In this document: positions 50,002 through 59,365 of the stretch, piece after piece
Layout of the letters: each line of letters opens with the position of its first letter
How positions within the stretch are numbered: the first letter of the stretch is position 1
Assembly (NCBI GenBank): GCA_963777505.1
Contig: CAVZQN010000003.1
Coordinates: 192,001-256,000, forward strand
Reading direction: 5' to 3'
Source: an uncultured bacterium
Lineage (GTDB): Bacteria; Acidobacteriota; HRBIN11; JAKEFK01
DNA length: 64,000 nucleotides
Notes under the pieces: model-generated
Told to the model about the DNA's origin: nothing
Seen by the model: only the letters and a program-made list of their open reading frames with translations
Database searches by the model: none
Made by a program: the position numbers and the translations under genes

Positions 50002-51628
50002 ATGATTATCACTAAGAAACTCTCTTTATTCTTTTTTGTACTCCTTTTTAGTGTTCCATGTTTCGCGATGAAGTTTTATTCCGATGATCCTGTTACTAAG
50101 GATGAAGATCAAAAACCTGTGCCTCTGCCTGCTCCGGTAGAAGCAAAAGGTGCTTATGATTTCGTAGAGAACACTTTTATCCTGCCGCGTAAGAAGGAAA
50201 AATATAATCAAGAACGTTCTGTCAATATCAATACGCTTGGTGAAGTCCCCGATTCTAGCTGGTTCACAAACAGAATTGGAATTCAACCCATGAGCGAACA
50301 GGAATTGATTCATGGGTCGAGCCAATTAAGCGGTCCTGACCCAGAAGGTAAATGGACGATTGTTCAGGCAAAGTCGCAAGGGGTAACTCCTGGATTTACG
50401 ATTCAAGACAGCAACGGTCATGTTTTTTTTCTTAAATTCGATCCCAAGAAGTACCCTCAACTAACTACTTCAGCGGAAGTGGTGGCTACAAAATTTTTTC
50501 ATGCATTGGGTTATAACGTTCCAGAAAATTATATTGCTTTTCTTCGTCCCGAAAATTTAGAAATAGGGCATGAAGCGATTATCACAGATGAAAATGGCCA
50601 ACGCCGGCCAATGAAAAAAGATGATGTGAAACGAATTCTAAAACGTGTGCCTCACAATGTAGATGGTACGGTCCAGGTGATTGCAAGCCGGCGCATTCCT
50701 GGAACATTGTTGGGGCCATTCAAATATTTTGGAACGAGAAGCGACGATGCCAATGATATCTTTCGGCATGAAGATCGAAGAGAGTTGCGCGGAATGCGGG
50801 TCTTTGCATCATGGTTGAATCATGATGAACCATCACGCGTTAACTCACTCGATTCATATCAGGGATCAGCCGGAGAAGGGTATATGAAGCATTTCTTAAT
50901 TGATTTTAATTCTTGTTTAGGCAGTGGAAGTGTACGCCCAAATGAGTTGCGTTCTGGAAATGAATATGTATTTGAAAAAGGACCAATCCTAAAGTCGGCT
51001 TTGACACTCGGCTTGGCTGATCGTTCATGGCGTTCTGTCCATTATCCGAAATATCCTTCAGTGGGTAGATTTGAATCGCAATATTTTGAACCTCAGAAAT
51101 GGAAGCCTGAATATCCAAATCCCGCTTTTGATAGGATGACCCCCGAGGATGCTTTCTGGGCGACGCGAATTATGATGCGGTTTTCAGATGAAGCCATCAA
51201 TACACTTGTAAAGACCGGGATGTATGAGGATCCTGGTGCAATTGACTACCTGACAAAAACTTTAATAGAGCGGCGTGACAAAGTTATTCGTTATTATCTT
51301 TCCTTTGCTCCCGCCTCTTGATGAATTTCAGTGGTCTGGTGATTTGTTGCAATTTAAGGATTTGGGTGTTGAACGAAAACTTGGGACCGTTCAAGGATAT
51401 AGTTATCAATGGTTCCGTTTCGATAATAATGCTGAGACTTTGCAGGCAATCGCCCCACCTTCTACAACTTCAAATACATCAATTACAGTCCCATCAGACA
51501 ATGCAGAATATCTTATGGTTCGGATTGAAAGCATAAATCCCTCATTGCCTGGTTGGAAAAAGGCCGTGAATGTTTATTTACGTACCAATGATCGAGTGAT
51601 TGTTGGCATTGAACGGGATTCAGACTAA
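50002..51628 (+). pseudogene. secreted hypothetical protein with atypical (HipA/PI3K-like) kinase motifs, +1 frameshift at about 51305
   Basis: Signal peptide; KSQGVTPG, FLKFDP, AEVVATKFFHALGYNVPE, WLNHDEPSRVN, LIDFNS; deleting one T joins YYLS to LLPPLDEF (ORF 51275-51628). Confidence 0.75.
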
Positions 51629-51669
51629 CTTTGCAACCAGGCGTCTTCAGGACTAGATTGGAAAAAACA

Positions 51670-52578
51670 ATGCGTAAAAATGTCTACTTAGTGGTTCTGC
51701 TGATCCTCGCGTTTCTGGTTCCTGCTGCAGGCCAAAATAAGCCTTTTCCATTTGCAGTTATCGGTGATAGTGGATGTGACTGCTCAGGGCAGGAGATCGT
51801 TTCCAAGCAGTTGTTTGAATGGTATAAGAAAAAACCATACGGGATGGTTTTAATGCTAGGAGACAACATCTACGGTGATACTTCCTTTTTTGGCGGAAGA
51901 AGAGGTGGAGATCCGGCCCTTTTTGAAGAACATTTTGATGAATATTACAAACCTTTATTGGATTCCGGAGTTAAGTTTTTCGCCACACTTGGAAATCATG
52001 ATATGGAAGCCGATAACGGACGCTCAATGATCGCAGATAAAAAACGTTTTCATATGGTCGGAAGTACGGGATTCTATTCCTTTGCGCCTGAAGAAGAAAA
52101 AGGATTGATTACATTTTACGCTGTGAATTCCGTAACTATGGTTAAAGGTAAAACAGACCTGGGACAAATCGGGTGGCTCAGGGAATCATTGGAAAAAGAT
52201 AAATCCACATGGAAAGTAGTGTTTATGCATCATCCGATTTATACAGCAATCGGTGGACATCGGGCAGATACTGGTCTTCTCGCAGCACTTGAGCCTGTAC
52301 TGGTTAAAGGTGGGGTTCAACTTGTTTTGTCAGGTCACAATCATTATTACGCACGAACGAAACCGATAGATGGTATTACCCATATCACTTCAGGCGGTGG
52401 AGGAAGGTCCCTCGTTTCAATAAAATCTACTGGACAATTGGTAAAAGCCATTCGCACATATCAATTTATGTATTTTGAAGCATCATTTGGAAGATTAGAC
52501 TACTGGTCAATTGATGGCGACGGACGAGAGATCGATCGCGGCTTCCTTGAACCAAAACCAAACTCCGCTTCTCAGTGA
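51670..52578 (+). CDS. secreted calcineurin-like metallophosphoesterase (purple acid phosphatase-like)
   Basis: Signal peptide; IGDSG, LGDNIY, LGNHD, MHHP, SGHNH. Confidence 0.92.
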   Translation: MRKNVYLVVLLILAFLVPAAGQNKPFPFAVIGDSGCDCSGQEIVSKQLFEWYKKKPYGMVLMLGDNIYGDTSFFGGRRGGDPALFEEHFDEYYKPLLDSGVKFFATLGNHDMEADNGRSMIADKKRFHMVGSTGFYSFAPEEEKGLITFYAVNSVTMVKGKTDLGQIGWLRESLEKDKSTWKVVFMHHPIYTAIGGHRADTGLLAALEPVLVKGGVQLVLSGHNHYYARTKPIDGITHITSGGGGRSLVSIKSTGQLVKAIRTYQFMYFEASFGRLDYWSIDGDGREIDRGFLEPKPNSASQ

Positions 52579-52597
52579 AAACTTTGTGTCTCTGTGG

Positions 52598-53818
52598 TTA
52601 AGACTTCATATCAAGGCAAATTAATTCTTTTTGGTTTCTTAAATAGAGTTTCCCATCGACAAGTGTGGGCATCGTCCAGCACTTTCCTTGCAAAACTTGA
52701 GCTTTTGCTTTTTCGCGGTATTCATCCGGTACTGCTTCCACCAAAACAAGCAGACCTCTTTCGCTCAACACAATTAATTGACCATCGGCCAAAATTAATG
52801 AACCTTTTCCGAATCCGCCTTGGGTCCATTTCGTTTCACCGTTCGTTACATCGATGCATTTGAGTTGAGCGTTATCGAAGCCATATAGATGACCGTTGAA
52901 TGCTACTGAAGAATTGAAATGATTCTTCATTCCCTTTGTAAGCCAAACCTCTTCTACACTTGCTGTTTTAGTTCCACGTACACGAAGAAGGGCACCGCCC
53001 CGGTCATAAGAAGTAGAAATGAAAACTTTGTCATCAGGAACGTGGATTGGCACTGCGGCATTCACAAACCAGTCCGTTTTCCATGGATATTTCCAAAACA
53101 ACTTTCCATCAGCCGGTGAAAGAGAAAGGAGAGCTGTCCCTGAAAATACAAGGATTTGTCTGGTCCCATTTATGTTGACAGCTATAGGAGTGGAGTAACC
53201 AGGCTCATCTGTTTGTGATTTCCAAACAATTGCGCCGGTTTTTTTATTGAAAGCCACAACCGCGTTATTTTCTCCGCCTCCAACAGGAAGAATCAGAAGA
53301 TCACCTTCTACGAGCGCTGATGAGGATACACCCCAGATCGGTACTTTTGCACCCATTTCTTTTACCAGATCATGCTGCCAGACTTTTTCTCCGTTATCAG
53401 CTTTCAGCGCGAACAGAGTTCCGCGGGCACCAAATGTATAGACCATTCCATCATTCACTGTTGGAGTTGATCTTGGGCCATTTCCTTGATCATTAATAAA
53501 ATTGGAGTCCGATCGAAAGCGCCATAATTCTTTCCCGTTTGTCGAATCCATGGAAACAACGAATTCATCTTCGCCTTGAGCAAACATTGTGTATATCCGG
53601 CCGCCAACAATGGAAATCCCTGAATAGCCGTCGCCTAGATTGACACGCCATACAGTTTTTGGGCCTTCCGCTGGAAATGTTTTAATGAGCCCAGTTTCTG
53701 TCGATATTCCATCTCCTTTTGCCCCGCGATAAGCTGGCCACTCAATGCCGGCTCCATACATGTCAAAAACAAGGATGAATAGAAATCCAAAAATTATTCC
53801 TATCTTAGTCTTTTTCAT
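52598..53818 (-). CDS. PQQ-binding-like beta-propeller protein
   Basis: WPAYRG, GYSG, GPRSTP, repeated G..W motifs, WTMPTL.DGKLYLRN; start could be up to 53836. Confidence 0.9.
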   Translation of the reverse strand: MKKTKIGIIFGFLFILVFDMYGAGIEWPAYRGAKGDGISTETGLIKTFPAEGPKTVWRVNLGDGYSGISIVGGRIYTMFAQGEDEFVVSMDSTNGKELWRFRSDSNFINDQGNGPRSTPTVNDGMVYTFGARGTLFALKADNGEKVWQHDLVKEMGAKVPIWGVSSSALVEGDLLILPVGGGENNAVVAFNKKTGAIVWKSQTDEPGYSTPIAVNINGTRQILVFSGTALLSLSPADGKLFWKYPWKTDWFVNAAVPIHVPDDKVFISTSYDRGGALLRVRGTKTASVEEVWLTKGMKNHFNSSVAFNGHLYGFDNAQLKCIDVTNGETKWTQGGFGKGSLILADGQLIVLSERGLLVLVEAVPDEYREKAKAQVLQGKCWTMPTLVDGKLYLRNQKELICLDMKS

Positions 53819-53902
53819 TTTTACTCCAACCATCATTTTTATAAGTACAAGGTGAGGCGGAATTTAATCCGCCCCTCCTTGATTGAGGCAGGGCCTCAAG
53901 CG

Positions 53903-55444
53903 TCACGATTTTAATTTCTTTAACATTTCGGCTGCATTCTGATTTGCCGGATCATATTCCAGTACTTTTTCAAAATGTTCAATTGCAAGTTCCTTCTTGC
54001 CTTCATTCATGTAAATTGTTCCCATGAGTTCGTAAGTTTCCCAAACATCGGGATACACTTCAGCATTAAACGTAAGCAATTCGATCGCTTCTTTGGTTTT
54101 CTTTTGTTCCGAAAGTTCACGGCCTATATCGACAAGAGTAATAGGATCATAAATCTCGTAATCGGGGTCCTTACTACGAGTTTCTTGCTGAATCGCTGCA
54201 GCCGCGGCCAATCCTTTTTCACGTAAAAGTTTTACGAACTCTTCTTCAGAAGGCGGAAGTTTTAGACCGGCTCGCATTTCAAGCAAAACTCTGTCCGCTG
54301 GTTCAGGTTTTTCTTTGAGTGAAGCCTGGGCTTTAGGATCTTTTTTTACATTTGCATCGAGGAATATCGCTGTGTAACGGCAAATCGTTTCATAACCGAT
54401 TCGATTATCTACTGGAGCCTCTCTTTCCGGTGATGGCGGAACGGGAATCATCGGAGTAATCATTGAGAAACTACTGAAGTCAACAGGAGTCATTCCTTTC
54501 AATTTGATTTGCGTTAATGGTGCATATTTGATTGCGCGCAAAAATGCATCATCAGTTGCATCATTCACTTCCTGTGATGTGAAATGCAGAACCGGAACAC
54601 GCAATCGCGAAGGTTCATAAAGTGGATTTTGAAACAGAACAGAATATCCAAATTTATTTGCAGCCGCATTTTCGAGAGTTACAAATGCATCGACATCTCC
54701 GTTGTACATCGCAAGAAGGGATCCTGCCAGCCCTCCAAAACTAAATCCGATCATTGCAAGCTTATCGGGGTCGACTGCGGGAAATGAACGCAGATTTGCA
54801 ATGATAAATTGCATATCTTGCATTTGTGTGATGGTTCCGAGTGCATCAAAACTGAGCTGTCGCGCGGTTAACCCGACACCAGGACTGGAAGCAACAACGT
54901 ATCCGTGGCTGGCAAGATATTCTGAAAGTATTGCATTGCCAACAGGGGAAGAGAGCCCAGTGCTTGGAGCAATCAAAACCAGCGGAAAGCGTGTTTTGGA
55001 AGGAGCAGCATCACGCCAGGCCATCGTTTTTGTTGCAAGTGCTTTACTGATGTTTTCATCCGATGCTTGATTGACCCAACGATTCTTAAATGCAGCGATT
55101 GTACTTTGTTTTTGTTGTGCCGTAGCTTCAGACCCAGTTTCTTCAGTGGAAGTCAAATAAAGGTAATCCTGAAACGTGACCTGTGTGGCATTGCTACTCG
55201 ATGACGCTGGATACCAAATGTTAATTTGTATCGGTCTGGAACGATTACCTGCAATCGGATTTCCTTGATAATCGCGTTTCGGTTTATAAGGGCGGGATGG
55301 GTCTTGCCGGAACATGACCTGAAAACCAACAGCATGCTCGCCCGGGGTTAATTTTCCCCAAGTTGTTGATGTTTCCCCATAGGACTGAACCAGTAATCCG
55401 AAAAAAAGAAAAGCGGGAAGCAAGAGAACGGTAATCTTCTTCAC
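53903..55444 (-). CDS. secreted alpha/beta hydrolase with C-terminal TPR
   Basis: GTG start after GGAGG, signal peptide, IWYPA, LASHGYVV, nucleophile elbow GFSFGG, C-terminal TPR. Confidence 0.85.
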   Translation of the reverse strand: MKKITVLLLPAFLFFGLLVQSYGETSTTWGKLTPGEHAVGFQVMFRQDPSRPYKPKRDYQGNPIAGNRSRPIQINIWYPASSSSNATQVTFQDYLYLTSTEETGSEATAQQKQSTIAAFKNRWVNQASDENISKALATKTMAWRDAAPSKTRFPLVLIAPSTGLSSPVGNAILSEYLASHGYVVASSPGVGLTARQLSFDALGTITQMQDMQFIIANLRSFPAVDPDKLAMIGFSFGGLAGSLLAMYNGDVDAFVTLENAAANKFGYSVLFQNPLYEPSRLRVPVLHFTSQEVNDATDDAFLRAIKYAPLTQIKLKGMTPVDFSSFSMITPMIPVPPSPEREAPVDNRIGYETICRYTAIFLDANVKKDPKAQASLKEKPEPADRVLLEMRAGLKLPPSEEEFVKLLREKGLAAAAAIQQETRSKDPDYEIYDPITLVDIGRELSEQKKTKEAIELLTFNAEVYPDVWETYELMGTIYMNEGKKELAIEHFEKVLEYDPANQNAAEMLKKLKS

Positions 55445-55521
55445 GGGATCCTCCGCTAAATTTAAAAACTATGGTGTTAGTAATATTTACTACAAATGTA
55501 GGAGTAAATCAAGACCACGTT

Positions 55522-55542
55522 GCGGCGGGTCTTAGACCCTAC
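55522..55542 (-). repeat. GTAG-type REP-like remnant
   Basis: Minus strand gtagggtctaagacccgccgc; shares the gggtcttagaccc core with 24021-24045. Confidence 0.55.
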
Positions 55543-55610
55543 GAAAGCGCTGGCTATATTTTTGCACTAATAGTCTGCGGAGAAAAGCCCTCGAGGAGGT
55601 AGTTCAAGTT

Positions 55611-56006
55611 TTGGGATTATCAGTTCAAGACTCTGAATCAGGAATCCGAAAACGGATCATTATTAAGTCGGAAGGCCGGATTTTATTCTTAAGTCCTGAA
55701 AGTATTAAGTGGCTTGAAGCACAAGGAAATTACGTCAATATTTACGTGGATTCAGATCAACATACAATTCGAGGCTCGATATCTTCGATCGAAAAAGAAC
55801 TGGACCCCTCGATTTTTCTTCGGATTAGTCGCTCTGTGATCATCAATATGAATTATGTTCGGGAAATGCAGCCATGGTTTCGCGGAAATTATCGTGTCTT
55901 GCTGACCGATGGTACGGAGCTGACATTAACCAGCAATTTCCGTGAACGCCTGGACCTCTTCATTGGAATTCCTGTTGGAAGACGCTCCCGCCTTGCCGAA
56001 AGCTAG
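55611..56006 (+). CDS. stand-alone LytTR DNA-binding domain protein
   Basis: RIIIKSEGRILFL, WLEAQGNYV, LDPSIFLRISRS, MQPWFRGNY; no receiver domain. Confidence 0.88.
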   Translation: MGLSVQDSESGIRKRIIIKSEGRILFLSPESIKWLEAQGNYVNIYVDSDQHTIRGSISSIEKELDPSIFLRISRSVIINMNYVREMQPWFRGNYRVLLTDGTELTLTSNFRERLDLFIGIPVGRRSRLAES

Positions 56007-56115
56007 TCGTACCCGCCTCAAACATTGTTAAGAATTGTTAACTCGTCACTCAATTGAGTTGATGATTCTCCTTAAGCATCGTATGTTTAGAGGAGACCGC
56101 TGAGGTCATAAGGGT

Positions 56116-57294
56116 ATGTCCAAAAACAAGATTATCGTACTCATAGGAACGATACTGATTCTTGCGCTATCTTTCTGGCTATATTCGTCTGCCCGAAACC
56201 AGAAATCGCCAAAATATAAGACTGAGAAGATCGAAAAAGGTGATGTCACTTCAACTGTCACAGCCACCGGGACACTGTCCGCATTAACAACAGTAGCTGT
56301 TGGGAGCCAGGTTTCAGGGATTATTTCCGGTCTTCATGCGGATTTTAATTCTAACGTTAAGAAAGGGCAGCTTCTTGCTGAACTGGATCCAATCTCCTTT
56401 CAAGCAGTAGTGGATCAAAGGAAAGCAGATCTTGCGCGTGTGCAGGCTGAAGAAAGGAACGCACGGCTTGCATACGAGCGTGCAAAAAATCTGCTTGAAA
56501 ATGAATTTATTTCTCGATCTGAATACGACACGTCAGAAGGGAATTGGAAAGCAGCTCAAGCTGCGGTCGCTCAATCAGAAGCATCATTAAAACAAGCCGT
56601 AACAAACCTTTCGTATACACGGATTGTTTCACCGATCGATGGAGTTGTTGTGAACCGCCAGATCGATACAGGCCAGACTGTTGCTGCATCCTTTCAAGCG
56701 CCGACTTTGTTTACGATTGCCCAGGATCTAACAAGGATGCAAGTATCTACGACAGTTGATGAAGCCGATATCGGCAAAATCAAAGTTGGGAAGGATGCGA
56801 CTTTTACAGTCGATGCATTTCCCGACCAGATTTTCAAAGGATCAATTTCGCAGGTACGTCTTTCAAGCACTGTGGTTCAAAATGTTGTGACGTATCCGGT
56901 GCTTATTGATGTGGATAATCCGGATCTTTTGTTAAAACCTGGAATGACTGCGAATGTGAATATCCCGGTTGACACTCGAAATGATGTAATCAAAGTCCCG
57001 AATGCGGCATTACGATTCAAGCCAGATCCTTCAGAAATGGAACAAGGTCCAAAGCCTGGCTCTGAAAAAAGACAAGACAAAAAAACTTCCAGCACAGTTT
57101 ACCGAATTGATGTGACTGGGAAATTAACACCTGTTGTCGTTACAGCTTCTATCACAGATGGTGCATTTACTGCTGTCGAATCTGCAACATTGAAGGCAGG
57201 GGATGAGGTTGTGGTTGGTCTTGCAACTTCGCGTGCTATGGAGCAGCAAGGTGGAGTTCAGCAGCGGCGTTCTCGCGGCGGTCGCGGATTCTAA
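56116..57294 (+). CDS. macA: efflux membrane-fusion (periplasmic adaptor) protein, MacA-like
   Basis: [42 protein letters not shown]. Confidence 0.9.
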   Translation: MSKNKIIVLIGTILILALSFWLYSSARNQKSPKYKTEKIEKGDVTSTVTATGTLSALTTVAVGSQVSGIISGLHADFNSNVKKGQLLAELDPISFQAVVDQRKADLARVQAEERNARLAYERAKNLLENEFISRSEYDTSEGNWKAAQAAVAQSEASLKQAVTNLSYTRIVSPIDGVVVNRQIDTGQTVAASFQAPTLFTIAQDLTRMQVSTTVDEADIGKIKVGKDATFTVDAFPDQIFKGSISQVRLSSTVVQNVVTYPVLIDVDNPDLLLKPGMTANVNIPVDTRNDVIKVPNAALRFKPDPSEMEQGPKPGSEKRQDKKTSSTVYRIDVTGKLTPVVVTASITDGAFTAVESATLKAGDEVVVGLATSRAMEQQGGVQQRRSRGGRGF

Positions 57295-58091
57295 TGAGCA
57301 GTCAACCAGTGATGGAGATGATAGATCTGAAAAAGGTCTATCGAATGGGTGAAACAGAAGTACACGCGCTTCAGGGCGTTTCTCTGCAAGTACAAAGCGG
57401 TGAGTTTCTTGCGGTTATGGGTGCATCGGGTTCGGGAAAATCAACCCTCATGAATATCATCGGATGTTTGGATCGGCCCACTTCAGGGCAATACATGCTG
57501 GAAGGTGTCAAGGTTTCGTCGTTAGATCGAGATCAGCGTGCTGAAATTCGGAATGACAAAATAGGATTTGTATTTCAGAGTTTTAATTTGCTGCCACGTA
57601 CATCGGCTCTAGAAAATGTGGAACTTCCATTAATCTATTCAACGAAACATCATTTGAATGATATTCAAATGCGGGAACGAGCGAGAGAATGTCTTAATCG
57701 TGTTGGGCTGGAAGGAAGAGGTGATCACGTGCCGAGCCAGCTTTCGGGTGGTCAACAGCAACGCGTCGCAATTGCAAGAGCACTCGTAAATGATCCCGCT
57801 ATTATTCTGGCTGATGAGCCAACAGGGAATTTAGATACCAAAACATCTGAAGAAGTAATGCTGACACTTCAAAAACTAAATGCCGAAGGAAAAACGATCA
57901 TCTTAATAACACACGAACATGACATTGCGAATTTTGCTAAGCGCGTCATTACGTTGCGTGATGGCCTGGTCATTTCTGATATTTTGAATGATACTTCGAG
58001 GCCCGGCCCAGCGGATGCGGGGATCGGGGGCCGGGCCTCTGAGGCCCGGGTCTCACACCCCGCCACCACAGACCCGGGCCTCGACCGATAG
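57294..58091 (+). CDS. ABC ATP-binding subunit, MacB N-domain-like, with a repeat-derived C-terminal tail
   Basis: [38 protein letters not shown]. Confidence 0.95.
   Translation: MSSQPVMEMIDLKKVYRMGETEVHALQGVSLQVQSGEFLAVMGASGSGKSTLMNIIGCLDRPTSGQYMLEGVKVSSLDRDQRAEIRNDKIGFVFQSFNLLPRTSALENVELPLIYSTKHHLNDIQMRERARECLNRVGLEGRGDHVPSQLSGGQQQRVAIARALVNDPAIILADEPTGNLDTKTSEEVMLTLQKLNAEGKTIILITHEHDIANFAKRVITLRDGLVISDILNDTSRPGPADAGIGGRASEARVSHPATTDPGLDR
57996..58084 (+). repeat. GC-rich double-hairpin (REP-like) insert inside the 3' end of the ATPase gene
   Basis: gaggcccggccc / gggccgggcctc and gaggcccgggtct / agacccgggcctc inverted repeats. Confidence 0.8.
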
Positions 58092-58093
58092 CT

Positions 58094-59323
58094 ATGAACA
58101 AGACGAGTAACACCATAAAAGTTGCTTTTCGTTCAATTGGACGCAATAAATTGCGTTCGATTCTAACGATGCTGGGCATCATTATCGGCGTCGCATGTGT
58201 GATTGCTACGATCGGAATTGGTGAAGGTGCTCGCATGCAGATGGAATCGCAGCTGCGATCACTTGGAACGAACTATCTCATGGTGTTTCCAGGTACGACC
58301 ACATCTTCAGGTGCTCGTTCAGGGTGGGGAACGAATTCAAAACTCAGCGATTCGGATGTTGCTGCGATTCGACAAGAATGCAGCAGTTGTGCTTATGTTT
58401 CGGCTCAGGTTCGTACGGTTGCTCAGATGGTTTATAACAATAAAAATTGGTCCACTTCGGTACAAGGAGTTGAAGTAGATTGGCCGCTCATCCGTACATG
58501 GAATGTTGAAACAGGACAATTTTTCACTGAAGCCGATAATCGTGCGGGCGCAAAAGTTTGCGTCATAGGAAAATCGATTCAAACCGAATTGTTCGGGAAT
58601 GAAGATCCGGTCGGCAAAGTTCTACGCATAAAAAATATTCCATTTCGTGTTATTGGTACGCTTGAAACAAAAGGCGGTTCGATGGTAGGCCAGGATCAAG
58701 ATGATGTAGTTGTTGCGCCATACGAAACCGTGCGGAAAAAATTAATGGGCACGCCTACGCCTGTTGGAATTATTACTGTGTCATCAATGTCGAGTGAAAT
58801 GGTCGAGAATACTGAGCAAGAAATTACCGGCATACTTCGCCAGCGTCATCGTATTAATCCTGACGCAGGTCAGGAAGATGATTTTATGATCCGTTCCCAA
58901 ACAGAGATGCTGGCTCAAGCTGAAATGCAATCCCGTACCTTGAGTATTTTGTTGTGGTCCATTGCGGGCGTTTCGCTGCTTGTAGGTGGAATCGGAATTA
59001 TGAATATTATGCTTGTAAGCGTAACAGAGCGAACCCGCGAAATCGGAATCCGAATGGCAATCGGCGCTAAGGGTAAAGATGTTCGTGCGCAGTTTTTGTT
59101 TGAAGCTATGGTTCTTGCTTTAACTGGCGGTATTCTTGGAATTTTTCTTGGTCTTGGAATTCAAAAGGCTGTCGCGCGCTTTGGTGATTGGCCCGTTTCA
59201 CTTCAGCCTGAAGCTGTTGTTTTAGCTTTCGTATTTTCAGCTCTGGTAGGAATTTTTTTCGGATTCTACCCTGCACAAAAGGCGAGCAGGCTCGATCCGA
59301 TTGAGGCACTCCGTTACGAATAA
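58094..59323 (+). CDS. macB: ABC permease, MacB C-domain-like
   Basis: RNKLRSILTMLGIIIGV, GGIGIMNIMLVSVTERTREIGIRMAIGA, LDPIEALRYE. Confidence 0.9.
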   Translation: MNKTSNTIKVAFRSIGRNKLRSILTMLGIIIGVACVIATIGIGEGARMQMESQLRSLGTNYLMVFPGTTTSSGARSGWGTNSKLSDSDVAAIRQECSSCAYVSAQVRTVAQMVYNNKNWSTSVQGVEVDWPLIRTWNVETGQFFTEADNRAGAKVCVIGKSIQTELFGNEDPVGKVLRIKNIPFRVIGTLETKGGSMVGQDQDDVVVAPYETVRKKLMGTPTPVGIITVSSMSSEMVENTEQEITGILRQRHRINPDAGQEDDFMIRSQTEMLAQAEMQSRTLSILLWSIAGVSLLVGGIGIMNIMLVSVTERTREIGIRMAIGAKGKDVRAQFLFEAMVLALTGGILGIFLGLGIQKAVARFGDWPVSLQPEAVVLAFVFSALVGIFFGFYPAQKASRLDPIEALRYE

Positions 59324-59365
59324 ACAATCTCTGTGGCTTTGTGGTAAGAATTTGCATTCTTTGTC

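Noticed and set aside
51319-51321. TGA ending the kinase-like ORF as possible Sec
   Set aside because: The continuation is in another frame, and there is no Cys-like motif context.
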